NCBI GenBank assembly: GCA_007135125.1
Contig: SLJK01000132.1
Location: 1-50,609, forward strand
Reading direction: 5' to 3'
DNA length: 50,609 nucleotides
Origin: Syntrophomonadaceae bacterium
GTDB lineage: Bacteria; Bacillota; Dethiobacteria; DTU022; UBA8154
The stretch's first letter is position 1. Every line of letters begins with the position of its first letter. The notes below the pieces were generated by a model that was given only the letters and a program-made list of their open reading frames with translations, made no database searches and was not told where the DNA came from. Made by a program: the position numbers and the translations under genes. Below are positions 27,616 through 36,774 of the stretch, in pieces.

Positions 27616-28683
27616 TTAGTTCGCCCTATTTTTCCGGGCTTGTTCTCTGTGATAATTATGCTCCTGTAGTGTTTCGCTAAAATAATGTTCTCCGCTTCCG
27701 TCTTCCTTGTAGACGAAATATAAATAATCTGCATCGGCTGGATAGAGCGAAGCTTTCAAAGCACTTGGACCAGGTGAAGCAATGGGTCCAGGGGGCAGAT
27801 CTGGATTGAGATAGGTATTGTAGGGCGATTCAACTTGTAAGTCCCCGTAAGTCAAACGGGGCTTGACTTCACCCAAAACGTATTGAACCGTAGCGCAGGA
27901 TTGTAAATACGGATAACTTTCTGAAGCAAGGCGGTTATAAAAGACTCTGGCGATGAGAGGCATTTCTTCAATTATCCTGGCCTCCTTTTCTATCAGGGAC
28001 GCCAGTGTAACCACCTGGTGCATAGAAAGACCAAGCTCATTTGCCCTGGCACGGTGCTCATCATTAAAATAATTATCAAACTGGGCGAGCATCATCTTGA
28101 TGATTTCCTCTTCGGAAACATCATTGCTCACTTCATATGTCTCAGGAAAAAGGTATCCTTCCAATTTGTAATTTGTTCCCAGCGGTATTTCTTCCAAAAA
28201 TGAAAATTGCGGATTTTCATATGCACTGCAGAGCCTTAAAAATACTTCCTGCTCAGCCAGCCCATGATTTTCCAGTCGGGAGGCAATCTGTTTTACGTTG
28301 AACCCCTCTGGTATGGTAAATCTCGTTCCTTCCCGGTATATCACGCCCTCCTCTAACATATGGGCAATATCTTTCATACTCAAGTCACCTTCAAACACAT
28401 ACGTTCCCGCCTGGAAATTTTGATCAGCTTCAGTATACCTGGCGTAGAGGCGGAAAACCAGTGCACTGGAGATAACTCCTTCCTCTTCCAATATCGAAGC
28501 TACCTCAGCCGGAGAAGACCCCATAGGGACGGAGACTTCTTTTTTACTACTTTCAAGATGATTTTCTGCAGAAGGCAAAAAAGCTTCAATCTGCCAAATG
28601 ACAAAAAAAACAAGAGCCGAAATAACAAGAATAGCCCCCAAAACTATACAAGGGTAAATATAATGCTTTTGATCGAACTGCAT
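27616..28683 (-). CDS. mltG: Endolytic transglycosylase MltG
   Basis: N-terminal TM, TIPEG, LEGYLFPETY, LASLIEKE, YNTY...LPPGPIASPG, YLYFV. Confidence 0.96.
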   Translation of the reverse strand: MQFDQKHYIYPCIVLGAILVISALVFFVIWQIEAFLPSAENHLESSKKEVSVPMGSSPAEVASILEEEGVISSALVFRLYARYTEADQNFQAGTYVFEGDLSMKDIAHMLEEGVIYREGTRFTIPEGFNVKQIASRLENHGLAEQEVFLRLCSAYENPQFSFLEEIPLGTNYKLEGYLFPETYEVSNDVSEEEIIKMMLAQFDNYFNDEHRARANELGLSMHQVVTLASLIEKEARIIEEMPLIARVFYNRLASESYPYLQSCATVQYVLGEVKPRLTYGDLQVESPYNTYLNPDLPPGPIASPGPSALKASLYPADADYLYFVYKEDGSGEHYFSETLQEHNYHREQARKNRAN

Positions 28684-28715
28684 GGTTTTGCACCTTCCAA
28701 ATAATGCCTGATATT

Positions 28716-29045
28716 TTAATCCTCGTCTTCTCTTTCCATTAGCCGTTCATAGGCAATTTCAGCCACGTTTTCCCATTCTTCTTCATCTTCGATGACGTGT
28801 AAAACGGTTTCATCGTTCTCACCTTTGATAATGCGGAAAATTACGGCTTCATCTTCACTTTCTTCCAATTCTACCTCCGTAGGAAATTCCCCGTTATCCT
28901 CTTCATGAGAAGAAGACATTTCACCACTTAAAGGCAACAAAACAGCATAATCCAATTCTTCCACTTTAAAATAATCCAAAACCAGGAACTCAAACTTTTC
29001 ACCGTTTTCATCTACAAGAGTGATAATTTCCTGTCCTTCTTCCAT
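28716..29045 (-). CDS. DUF1292 family protein (YrzB-like)
   Basis: IITLVDENGEKFEF...YAVLLP; conserved position after ruvX. Confidence 0.85.
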   Translation of the reverse strand: MEEGQEIITLVDENGEKFEFLVLDYFKVEELDYAVLLPLSGEMSSSHEEDNGEFPTEVELEESEDEAVIFRIIKGENDETVLHVIEDEEEWENVAEIAYERLMEREDED

Positions 29046-29081
29046 TTAAATGACACCCCTTTTTGTATATTTTAGGTACTA

Positions 29082-29516
29082 TTATAGTGTTTTATCCGAT
29101 TCTCTTACTTGTAAATATCCTTCCAGAATTATTACAGCGGCAAGCTTGTCTACCACTTTCTTTCTTTTAGACCGGCTCGTATCTGCCTTCAGTAAAGTCT
29201 TATGCGCTGCAACGGTAGTCAATCTTTCATCCCAGGTTTTGACAGGTAAATTGAACTTATTTTCCAGCATATTTTTGAACAGTATTACTTCTTGAGCTTT
29301 GGGGCCAATCGTTCCGTTCATATTAAGGGGCAAACCTAAAAGGATTTCTTCAGGATTATATTTTTCAAGGTAAGCATTGATCTGGAATAAGGTGTCCTTG
29401 CGGTTTTTACGATTAATTACCCCAAGACCCTGTGCCGTCATGCCCAGGGGATCACTTATCGCTACCCCAATATTTTTTTCCCCTATATCAAGACACAGTA
29501 TTCTAATGGTGTTCAC
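29082..29516 (-). CDS. ruvX: Holliday junction resolvase-like RuvX/YqgF
   Basis: LDIGEKNIGVAISD, GLPLNMNG, WDERLTT, VDKLAAVIIL. Confidence 0.96.
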   Translation of the reverse strand: MNTIRILCLDIGEKNIGVAISDPLGMTAQGLGVINRKNRKDTLFQINAYLEKYNPEEILLGLPLNMNGTIGPKAQEVILFKNMLENKFNLPVKTWDERLTTVAAHKTLLKADTSRSKRKKVVDKLAAVIILEGYLQVRESDKTL

Positions 29517-29554
29517 TCACCCTTTATAAATTATCTCCACAGGTTGCAGGAATT

Positions 29555-30517
29555 CTAATAAACTTTTATACAAAATGCAGGACACCGGGAACTACAGTAT
29601 CCGCAAAACAGACAAAGGGAATTATCCACAACCGCGCGGGAGTTCCCCTCCACGTCTTTTTGCAAAGACAGCGCTCCTTGAGGACATCCTGCAGCACACA
29701 AACCGCAACCGCTGCACCAGTCTTCTATCAATAAGTTCCGGCTTTTACCTCTTAATGAATCAAGAACATTTTGTGAAGGGGTCAAGCCCTGCATATAGAA
29801 AAGATTGGCTGACAATTCATCCCTGCTGCCAATTCCAATGGCCAACGAATGGATATAATCCAGTTCGCGCACAAAATTGATTGCCTCATCGGCGCGAGAT
29901 ATTAAATGACCCCCGCCCAACACTTTCATGGCATAGATGCCCAAACCGTTATCAAAGGCTTTTTTAATTGCTGTCAACATATTTTCCAATGAACCATCTC
30001 TAATACCCGTTCCGTTAATATTTATAATGGGATGTATGATATCTATTTCTGGAAATTCAATAGCCGCTTCAACAGCGGCCACCGTATGGCAAGAAATACC
30101 GGATGCTTGAACTGTTCCCCTTAGTACTGCTTCAGCGATATATTCCAGAGCTGGTCTATGCCCTTCTAAAGTTAGCCTGGATTCCTGTTCATGTAGCATA
30201 AAAATAGGGATATAATCTATATTTAACTCTTGCCTGGCTTTTTCCAGGGAATATTCGGCCTCGATTGTTGTACTGGCATAAGTTTTCGTTGCAATAATCG
30301 GCATCTGTTGTAATTTTTCTACTGCCCTGGCCAGATAACTGTAATTGTCATAGAATTCTGCAGTATCCCAGAAATTAACCCCGTGCTCATATGCTTCTCG
30401 CAGCAATTCTGAGCCTTCTTCCAGGGATAAATTGGCCTGACATGGACTCATGGTCAGGGTGCCAAAACAAAGAGTAGAAACGAGTATACCCGTCCTGCCA
30501 AGTGACCTGTACTTCAA
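29555..30517 (-). CDS. Aldo/keto reductase with C-terminal 2x[4Fe-4S] ferredoxin domain
   Basis: GVNFWDTAEFY, IATK, LHE; CSGCGLCAAGCP and CLFCGYCSSRCP. Confidence 0.88.
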   Translation of the reverse strand: MKYRSLGRTGILVSTLCFGTLTMSPCQANLSLEEGSELLREAYEHGVNFWDTAEFYDNYSYLARAVEKLQQMPIIATKTYASTTIEAEYSLEKARQELNIDYIPIFMLHEQESRLTLEGHRPALEYIAEAVLRGTVQASGISCHTVAAVEAAIEFPEIDIIHPIININGTGIRDGSLENMLTAIKKAFDNGLGIYAMKVLGGGHLISRADEAINFVRELDYIHSLAIGIGSRDELSANLFYMQGLTPSQNVLDSLRGKSRNLLIEDWCSGCGLCAAGCPQGALSLQKDVEGNSRAVVDNSLCLFCGYCSSRCPAFCIKVY

Positions 30518-30523
30518 AATAGC

Positions 30524-30814
30524 TTACCTGTTTCCTTCCAATTCTCTGTACAAATAAACCCGTACCAGCTCTTCCAGCAGTTCATCACGTTCAATGGAGC
30601 GAATAACAATGCGAGCATCTTTATAACTGGTAATATAAGCTGGATCTCCTGACAGTAAGTACCCAACCAGTTGATTGATAGGGTTGTAACCTTTTTCCTT
30701 TAGGGCTTCATATACATCTGCCAAAACTCTGTGAGCTTCGTTAACTTCATCTTCCGGCTTTACACTGAATTTCATGGTATTGTTTAAATCACTGTTATTA
30801 CCGTTCTCCTCCAT
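30524..30814 (-). CDS. IreB/ReoM family regulatory phosphoprotein (UPF0297, YrzL-like)
   Basis: [42 protein letters not shown]. Confidence 0.95.
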   Translation of the reverse strand: MEENGNNSDLNNTMKFSVKPEDEVNEAHRVLADVYEALKEKGYNPINQLVGYLLSGDPAYITSYKDARIVIRSIERDELLEELVRVYLYRELEGNR

Positions 30815-30853
30815 GGTACACCTCCTATTGAAGGATATTCGAAGCTTTTTTTA

Positions 30854-33499
30854 CTAACTTATAATCTTTGCTTGCTGCGCTTTTACCAGTACTGGTACCA
30901 TAGAAAGAGCGTAGGGAAGTTTATCTGGATCTTTGCCCCCAGCCTGTGCCATATCGGGGCGTCCCCCACCTCCACCGCCAGTTAGCTTGGCCACTTCCCC
31001 GATCAGATTTCCGGCATGGAATCCTTTTTCAATCAGATCTTTCGTTACAGCACCAGCAAAAATTACTTTTCCGCTGCTAAGTGCACCTAGCATTATTATT
31101 CCGCTTTCCATTTTACCCCTTAGCTTATCGAGATATTCTCTCAAGCTCTCCATGTCCTCCACTTCAACCTGGGTGCTTAGAATTGGTATTCCTGAAGTGT
31201 ACTCAGTCTGTTGAAGAAGACTTTCCACCTGTTGCTGTGCTAACTGCTGCTGCAACTGCCTAATTTTTCGCTGTAATTCTTTTTGGGACTCCATCATCTC
31301 TTTAATTTTGGAAGCGGCATTTTCTCGAGGGATTTTCATCATAGAAGTGATTTCCTTTAATTCCCTCTCCTGCGCAGCGACAAAGTCAAGTGCCCGGTGT
31401 CCGGTTAAAGCTTCTATACGGCGCATGCCGGCACCAATGCCGCTTTCATCAATGATTTTACAGATACCCAATTCTCCGGTTGAGTTAACATGAGTGCCCC
31501 CGCATAATTCCAGTGAATATTCATCAATTTTTATTACCCGCACCTTGTCCCCATATTTTTCGTCAAAATGGGCTTCGGCACCCATTTTGATTGCCTGCTC
31601 TAGATCTGTAATCAAGGTGTTTACTTCCATGTTATTCAGGATGGCCAAATTAACTGTCTTTTCTATTATGCTTAAATCTTTTTTGTCCGGTTGATCAAAG
31701 TGTGAAAAGTCAAAGCGCAGCCTGTCAGGAGCCACCAAAGAGCCAGCCTGGTTTACATGGCTCCCCAGTATTTTCTTTAAAGCGCGATGAAGAAGGTGGG
31801 TCGCAGTATGGTTTCTGGCAATTTCTTTTCTGCGTTCTTCATCGACAGCAGCAAAAACTTTGTCACCTTCTTTTACCACCCCTTCTTCAATCTCTACCAG
31901 GTGCAGAATCTCCTCGCCCGGACCGAATACGGTGTTTATCACACGGCCATGCCCTGTTGGAAACTTGATTGTTCCTGTATCACCTACCTGCCCGCCTTTT
32001 TCTGCATAGAAAGGGCTTTGGTCCAGAACCAGGTAATATGTTTCATCTTCCCCGGCCTTTCCTTCACTAACAAGTTTTTCCCGGGAAGGAGAAAGGATCC
32101 CCACCACTTCACCTTGAGCCTTCAGTGTTTCATATCCCACAAAACGTGAGGAGAACCCTTTAACCAGAGCAAAAAGATTTTCTTCTTCTCTATTTCGAGA
32201 ATCCTGGGCTGCTCTGGCCCTATTTCTTTGTAGTTCTAAAGCCTTTTCGAATCCGTCATCATCCAGCTGAAAGCCTCTCTCGTCAAGTATTTCTTTGGTC
32301 AGGTCCACGGGGAAACCAAAAGTATCGTAAAGTTTAAAAGCTGTCTCACCAGGAAGAATTGACTTTCCATCATTTTGCAAAGTTACTAACTGTTCTTCCA
32401 GAAGCACCATGCCCTGCTCCAGGGTTTCATTAAAACGCTCTTCTTCCAGCTTGATAATCTTTTTTATAAGTTCTTCTTTTTCTCTTAACTCAAAATAAGG
32501 ATCTTCCATCATTGCCACCAGCAAAGGAACCGCGTCAAAAAGAAAAGGTGGCTCTATATCAAGCAGCTTGCCGTGTCGTACCGCGCGCCGCAAAATGCGT
32601 CTTAATACGTAACCCCTTCCTTCATTAGAAGGAAGCACCCCATCGGCGATAAGAAAAGAGATGCCGCGCAAATGTTCAGTGATAACTCTTAAAGAAATAT
32701 CTATTTTATCTTGTTTCCCGTACTCCAGGCCTGCCTTAGCTGCAAAATGGTCAAGCAGCGGCTTTACAATATCTATTTCAAAAAAAGAAGAAACCCCCTG
32801 CATAACAATAGCCAGCCGTTCTAACCCAGCACCGGTATCAATATTTTTTTGTTCCAAAGGAATATAATTGCCATTTGCATCTTTCTCAAACTGGGTAAAA
32901 ACCAGGTTCCAGACTTCCAGGTAGCGGTCACAATCACAACCAACCTGGCAGTCAGTTCCCCCGCATCCGTATTGAGGACCAAGATCATAATAAATCTCCG
33001 AGCAGGGCCCGCAGGGCCCTGTGCCAATTTCCCAGAAATTATCTTCTTTACCTAAACGATATATTTTCTCCGGCGGAACGCCAACTTTATTTTTCCAGAT
33101 GGAGAAGGCCTCTTCATCTTCCTGGTAGATGCTTACATACAGGCGTTCTTCAGGCAAACCATAGCCCCTGGTCATAAGTTCCCATGACCAGGGAATGGCG
33201 TCTTCTTTAAAATAATCTCCAAAAGAAAAATTGCCCAACATTTCAAAAAAAGTGGCGTGGCGCGCTGTTAGACCTACTTTTTCAATATCTGGAGTGCGCA
33301 CACATTTTTGACAGGTAGCAATCCTGGTGTGGGGAGGTGTTTTCTCACCGGTAAAATACGGTTTGAGCGGGGCCATCCCCGCCCCTATAAGCAATAATGT
33401 TGGATCATTTTGGGGAACAAGCGGAAAACTGGGAAGCACTAGATGGTCTTTTTCGCGGAAAAAATCTAAAAATACTTTGCGAATATCGCTGCTCTTCAT
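30854..33499 (-). CDS. alaS: Alanine--tRNA ligase
   Basis: DPTLLLIGAGM, HATFFEMLGNFSFGDYFK, editing motifs HTATHL and ELCGGTH, GGGGGRPDMAQAGG; ATG at 33499 with GGAGG SD. Confidence 0.99.
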   Translation of the reverse strand: MKSSDIRKVFLDFFREKDHLVLPSFPLVPQNDPTLLLIGAGMAPLKPYFTGEKTPPHTRIATCQKCVRTPDIEKVGLTARHATFFEMLGNFSFGDYFKEDAIPWSWELMTRGYGLPEERLYVSIYQEDEEAFSIWKNKVGVPPEKIYRLGKEDNFWEIGTGPCGPCSEIYYDLGPQYGCGGTDCQVGCDCDRYLEVWNLVFTQFEKDANGNYIPLEQKNIDTGAGLERLAIVMQGVSSFFEIDIVKPLLDHFAAKAGLEYGKQDKIDISLRVITEHLRGISFLIADGVLPSNEGRGYVLRRILRRAVRHGKLLDIEPPFLFDAVPLLVAMMEDPYFELREKEELIKKIIKLEEERFNETLEQGMVLLEEQLVTLQNDGKSILPGETAFKLYDTFGFPVDLTKEILDERGFQLDDDGFEKALELQRNRARAAQDSRNREEENLFALVKGFSSRFVGYETLKAQGEVVGILSPSREKLVSEGKAGEDETYYLVLDQSPFYAEKGGQVGDTGTIKFPTGHGRVINTVFGPGEEILHLVEIEEGVVKEGDKVFAAVDEERRKEIARNHTATHLLHRALKKILGSHVNQAGSLVAPDRLRFDFSHFDQPDKKDLSIIEKTVNLAILNNMEVNTLITDLEQAIKMGAEAHFDEKYGDKVRVIKIDEYSLELCGGTHVNSTGELGICKIIDESGIGAGMRRIEALTGHRALDFVAAQERELKEITSMMKIPRENAASKIKEMMESQKELQRKIRQLQQQLAQQQVESLLQQTEYTSGIPILSTQVEVEDMESLREYLDKLRGKMESGIIMLGALSSGKVIFAGAVTKDLIEKGFHAGNLIGEVAKLTGGGGGGRPDMAQAGGKDPDKLPYALSMVPVLVKAQQAKIIS

Positions 33500-33530
33500 T
33501 ATTCTGCCTCCGGTGATATTTGTCAAGACA

Positions 33531-33559
33531 ATTATAGCGGCTAAGCCTCAGCATGTCAA
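33531..33559 (-). promoter_or_regulatory. Perfect-consensus sigma-A promoter of alaS
   Basis: TTGACA-N17-TATAAT. Confidence 0.85.
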
Positions 33560-33595
33560 TTAATAAGGAAACTAAGAGAATCTCAAGCAAGAAAC

Positions 33596-34672
33596 CTAGA
33601 GGGCACGGTCAATAATCCCACCCCCAAGTACTTCCCCTTTTTTATAAAAAACGACTGATTGACCGGGAGTTACTGCTTTCTGCTTTTCCTCAAACAACAC
33701 TTTGACTTCTTCTGTTGAAGAAAAGGTAAGGTAAGCCGGGACAGCCGGTGAACGGTAGCGTATTTTTACTTCTATCTCCATCTCCCCGTTTTGCGGTTTT
33801 CTAGTCACAAAATTCACATTTTTTGCCAGCAAGCCTTTGTTGAAAACTTCTTCTTCACCTCCCACAATTAGCTTGTTGCGTTGGGGATCAATTTTCAGCA
33901 CATAAAGAGGGCGTGAAGAAGTAAGGCCAAGGCCTTTGCGTTGACCAACTGTGTAAAAAGCTACCCCCCTATGCACTCCCATTTTTTCGCCACGGGTAGA
34001 AACAATATCACCTGCTGCAAAAGCACTGGGGCACTCTCTTTCCAAAAATCCACGATAATCATTGTCGGGAATAAAACATATCTCCTGACTTTCCGCTTTC
34101 CTGGCTACAGAAAGACCATGTCTCTCAGCTATCTCTCTTACCTCTATTTTGGTTTTATCTCCCAGGGGAAAAAGGAGAGAAGAAAGCTGCTCTTGAGTTA
34201 CAGTGTACAGCATATAGCTCTGGTCTTTTTCGCTATCCATTCCTTGAAATAGCCTGTAAAACTGTTGTTCTCTATCATAAACAATGCGAGAATAATGCCC
34301 TGTGGCAAGATATTTAAAGCCCAGATCCCTGGCTTTTTGCAGTAAAACAGAAAATTTCAGCACCCTGTTACATTCGATACACGGATTAGGAGTTCTGCCA
34401 GAGAGGTATTCGCTAATGAAATTTTGAACAACACTGTTATAAAACATCTCCTTCATATTAAATGTATAATGAGGAATACCTAGCTTCCCTGCGACCCTGC
34501 TTGCATCAGTAACCGCCTCCAGGGAACAGCAACCCTGTGCTTCATCAGAAGCTCTTTCTTCAGAGAGAGGGTCGACCCAAAGGCGCAGTGTTATACCTAC
34601 CGGATTCAGGCCGGCTTTTTGTAAAAAAAGTGCGGCCACTGAGCTATCAACACCACCGCTCATAGCAACCAT
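33596..34672 (-). CDS. mnmA: tRNA 2-thiouridylase MnmA, C-type
   Basis: AMSGGVDS, NPCIECN, ATGHY, KDQSY, ESQEICF, TVGQRKG, AVTPGQ; possible CTG start at 34711. Confidence 0.97.
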   Translation of the reverse strand: MVAMSGGVDSSVAALFLQKAGLNPVGITLRLWVDPLSEERASDEAQGCCSLEAVTDASRVAGKLGIPHYTFNMKEMFYNSVVQNFISEYLSGRTPNPCIECNRVLKFSVLLQKARDLGFKYLATGHYSRIVYDREQQFYRLFQGMDSEKDQSYMLYTVTQEQLSSLLFPLGDKTKIEVREIAERHGLSVARKAESQEICFIPDNDYRGFLERECPSAFAAGDIVSTRGEKMGVHRGVAFYTVGQRKGLGLTSSRPLYVLKIDPQRNKLIVGGEEEVFNKGLLAKNVNFVTRKPQNGEMEIEVKIRYRSPAVPAYLTFSSTEEVKVLFEEKQKAVTPGQSVVFYKKGEVLGGGIIDRAL

Positions 34673-34773
34673 TACGCTTTCTCCTTTTTTTATGCCAGGT
34701 CTATCCAGCAGTCCTGAGCTCCCCTCTCGTAGTTGTTTAAAGGCTATATTTATAAGCCGGGCACAGATTATCT

Positions 34774-35436
34774 CTACAGCTTTTCAGATTTAAGTATTTT
34801 TATCTTTGCCTTTCCCTTGGTAACGTTGGCAAGACGCTCTTGTAATCTTTCCATCTTACGTGCAGGAATAAGAATATTCATACCCACCTTGTGGTTGTAG
34901 TGAAAATGAAGTATTTCACCTTCTACTGTTTCAACCTCTTTGATAACAGCACCAAGGTAATCATAGGGGGTACTGATAAACCCCTGCTGCTGCAGCTCCC
35001 TGGAGCAGATACTTGCAGCGTTCACACCTGCTTCAGCACAGGAACGGTAAGCCCTTGCCAAGCCGCCAAGACCCAGTTTAACTCCTCCAAAAAAACGTGT
35101 ACCAATTAAGACAATGTTCGTTAATTGAAATTTTTCCAGGACTGACAGCATGGGTTCTCCGGCCGTCCCAGCCGGCTCTCCATCATCATCACAACGAACC
35201 AACACCTCTTCTCCCAGGCCTAGGCGGTATGCAGTTGCGTGGTGTGTCGCATCGTAAAGTTCTTTTTTTACTTTTTCAACAAACACTCGCGCTTCCTTTT
35301 CTGCTGCACAGGGGGCAAGGGAGGCAAAAAAGCGGCATGAACCTACAGCAATTTTACTCCTTACAGGTTTTGTGATGGTATTATAAGTGTACTCAATTTT
35401 TATTATTCCCACCCCTTGCCCATTAGTGCTCTCCAC
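34774..35436 (-). CDS. YigZ/IMPACT family protein
   Basis: SCRFFA, HHATAY, DDGEPAGTAG, RFFGGVKLGLGGL.RAY; start uncertain. Confidence 0.92.
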   Translation of the reverse strand: MESTNGQGVGIIKIEYTYNTITKPVRSKIAVGSCRFFASLAPCAAEKEARVFVEKVKKELYDATHHATAYRLGLGEEVLVRCDDDGEPAGTAGEPMLSVLEKFQLTNIVLIGTRFFGGVKLGLGGLARAYRSCAEAGVNAASICSRELQQQGFISTPYDYLGAVIKEVETVEGEILHFHYNHKVGMNILIPARKMERLQERLANVTKGKAKIKILKSEKL

Positions 35437-36743
35437 TTTCTAAGCCTTTTGGTTATTTCTTTTTCCGTTCCCTGCTCCCCGGGTTCGTAGAAAACTGTTT
35501 TTTCCATACCCTCGGGAAGATAACTTTGAGGTACAAAGTGTCCTGTATAATCGTGCGGATAAAGATATCCCCGGCCGTGCCCCATCAGGTCAGCTCCTTT
35601 GTAGCTGGTGTCTCTGAGGTGAGAGGGCACTCTTTTATCAGGGGTATTCTTTTGTGTTTCCAGTGCTTTATTTAAAGCCATGTAGGAAGCGTTGCTCTTG
35701 GGCGCCGCAGCCAGATAGGTAACGGCCTGGGCCAGGAGGATACGTCCCTCCGGGAGTCCAATAACCTGGACGGCCTGCAAGACAGAAAGCGCCAGGGTTA
35801 AAGCAGAAGGATCTGCATTTCCAATATCTTCGCTTGCACTTATAACGAGTCTTCTGGCGATAAATAAAGGATCTTCTCCAGCTTCCAGCATTCTTGTTAA
35901 CCAGTAGAGAGCAGCATCAGGGTCAGAACCACGGATGGACTTAATAAACGCAGAGATTATATCGTAGTGATAGTCGCCTGTGCGGTCATACTTCAAACTC
36001 TTACGCATAAGTAAATCCTGCAGTATTTGGAGATCAATATTTATTTTATCATTATTTTCCAGAAAGGCAGAATTTAGCACTGCCATCTCCAACGTGTTTA
36101 TAGCTATACGGGCATCGCCCCCTGCCATCTGCACAAGGTATTCGAGTGCATCTTCCTGGATTCGCAGAGAGTATTTGCCAAATCCCCTTTCTTTATCCTC
36201 CAAAGCTCTTTTTATAATCTTTTTCAACTCTTCTGCTTCTAAGCTTTCAAACCTAAAAAGCATGGAACGCGATAAAAGGGGAGAAATAATGGAAAAATAA
36301 GGGTTTTCCGTGGTGGCCCCAATGAGGTAGAGCAAACCATCCTCCACAGCAGGGAGAAGTGCGTCCTGCTGAGCCTTATTAAAGCGGTGGATTTCGTCCA
36401 TGAAAAGGATGGTTTTTCTACCAGTGACAGACCTGTCCTGTTTAGCGTTTTCAATAACGGAACGCACATCTTTGACCCCTGCGGTTACTGCATTCAAACG
36501 ATTGAATCTTGAGCGTGTCACAGAAGCAATTATTCTCGCCAGAGCTGTTTTTCCTGTTCCGGGAGGACCATAAAAAAACATAGAAGGTAAAAGGTCTCCT
36601 TCTATAGCTCTTCTAAGAGGCTTGCTTTCCCCCAGTAGATGCTTCTGGCCAACGAACTCTTCCAGGGAACGGGGTGACATACGTCTGGCCAGCGGACTAT
36701 CTTTTTTTACCTGTTCTTCCCAGGTATATTGAAAAATGTCCAA
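35403..36743 (-). CDS. rarA: Replication-associated recombination protein A (RarA/MgsA)
   Basis: PLARRMSP, GPPGTGKT, DEIHRFNKAQQD, GATTENP, SAFIKSIRGSDPDAA; TTG start at 36743 with GGAGG SD. Confidence 0.97.
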   Translation of the reverse strand: MDIFQYTWEEQVKKDSPLARRMSPRSLEEFVGQKHLLGESKPLRRAIEGDLLPSMFFYGPPGTGKTALARIIASVTRSRFNRLNAVTAGVKDVRSVIENAKQDRSVTGRKTILFMDEIHRFNKAQQDALLPAVEDGLLYLIGATTENPYFSIISPLLSRSMLFRFESLEAEELKKIIKRALEDKERGFGKYSLRIQEDALEYLVQMAGGDARIAINTLEMAVLNSAFLENNDKINIDLQILQDLLMRKSLKYDRTGDYHYDIISAFIKSIRGSDPDAALYWLTRMLEAGEDPLFIARRLVISASEDIGNADPSALTLALSVLQAVQVIGLPEGRILLAQAVTYLAAAPKSNASYMALNKALETQKNTPDKRVPSHLRDTSYKGADLMGHGRGYLYPHDYTGHFVPQSYLPEGMEKTVFYEPGEQGTEKEITKRLRKWRALMGKGWE

Positions 36744-36774
36744 GGAAAAACCTCCTAAAAAATACAAAGTGGCT

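Noticed and set aside
29546-29582. Two GCAGGA hexamers on the plus strand near the end of the AKR gene
   Set aside because: No GAAT at 17-18 nt spacing, and antisense orientation
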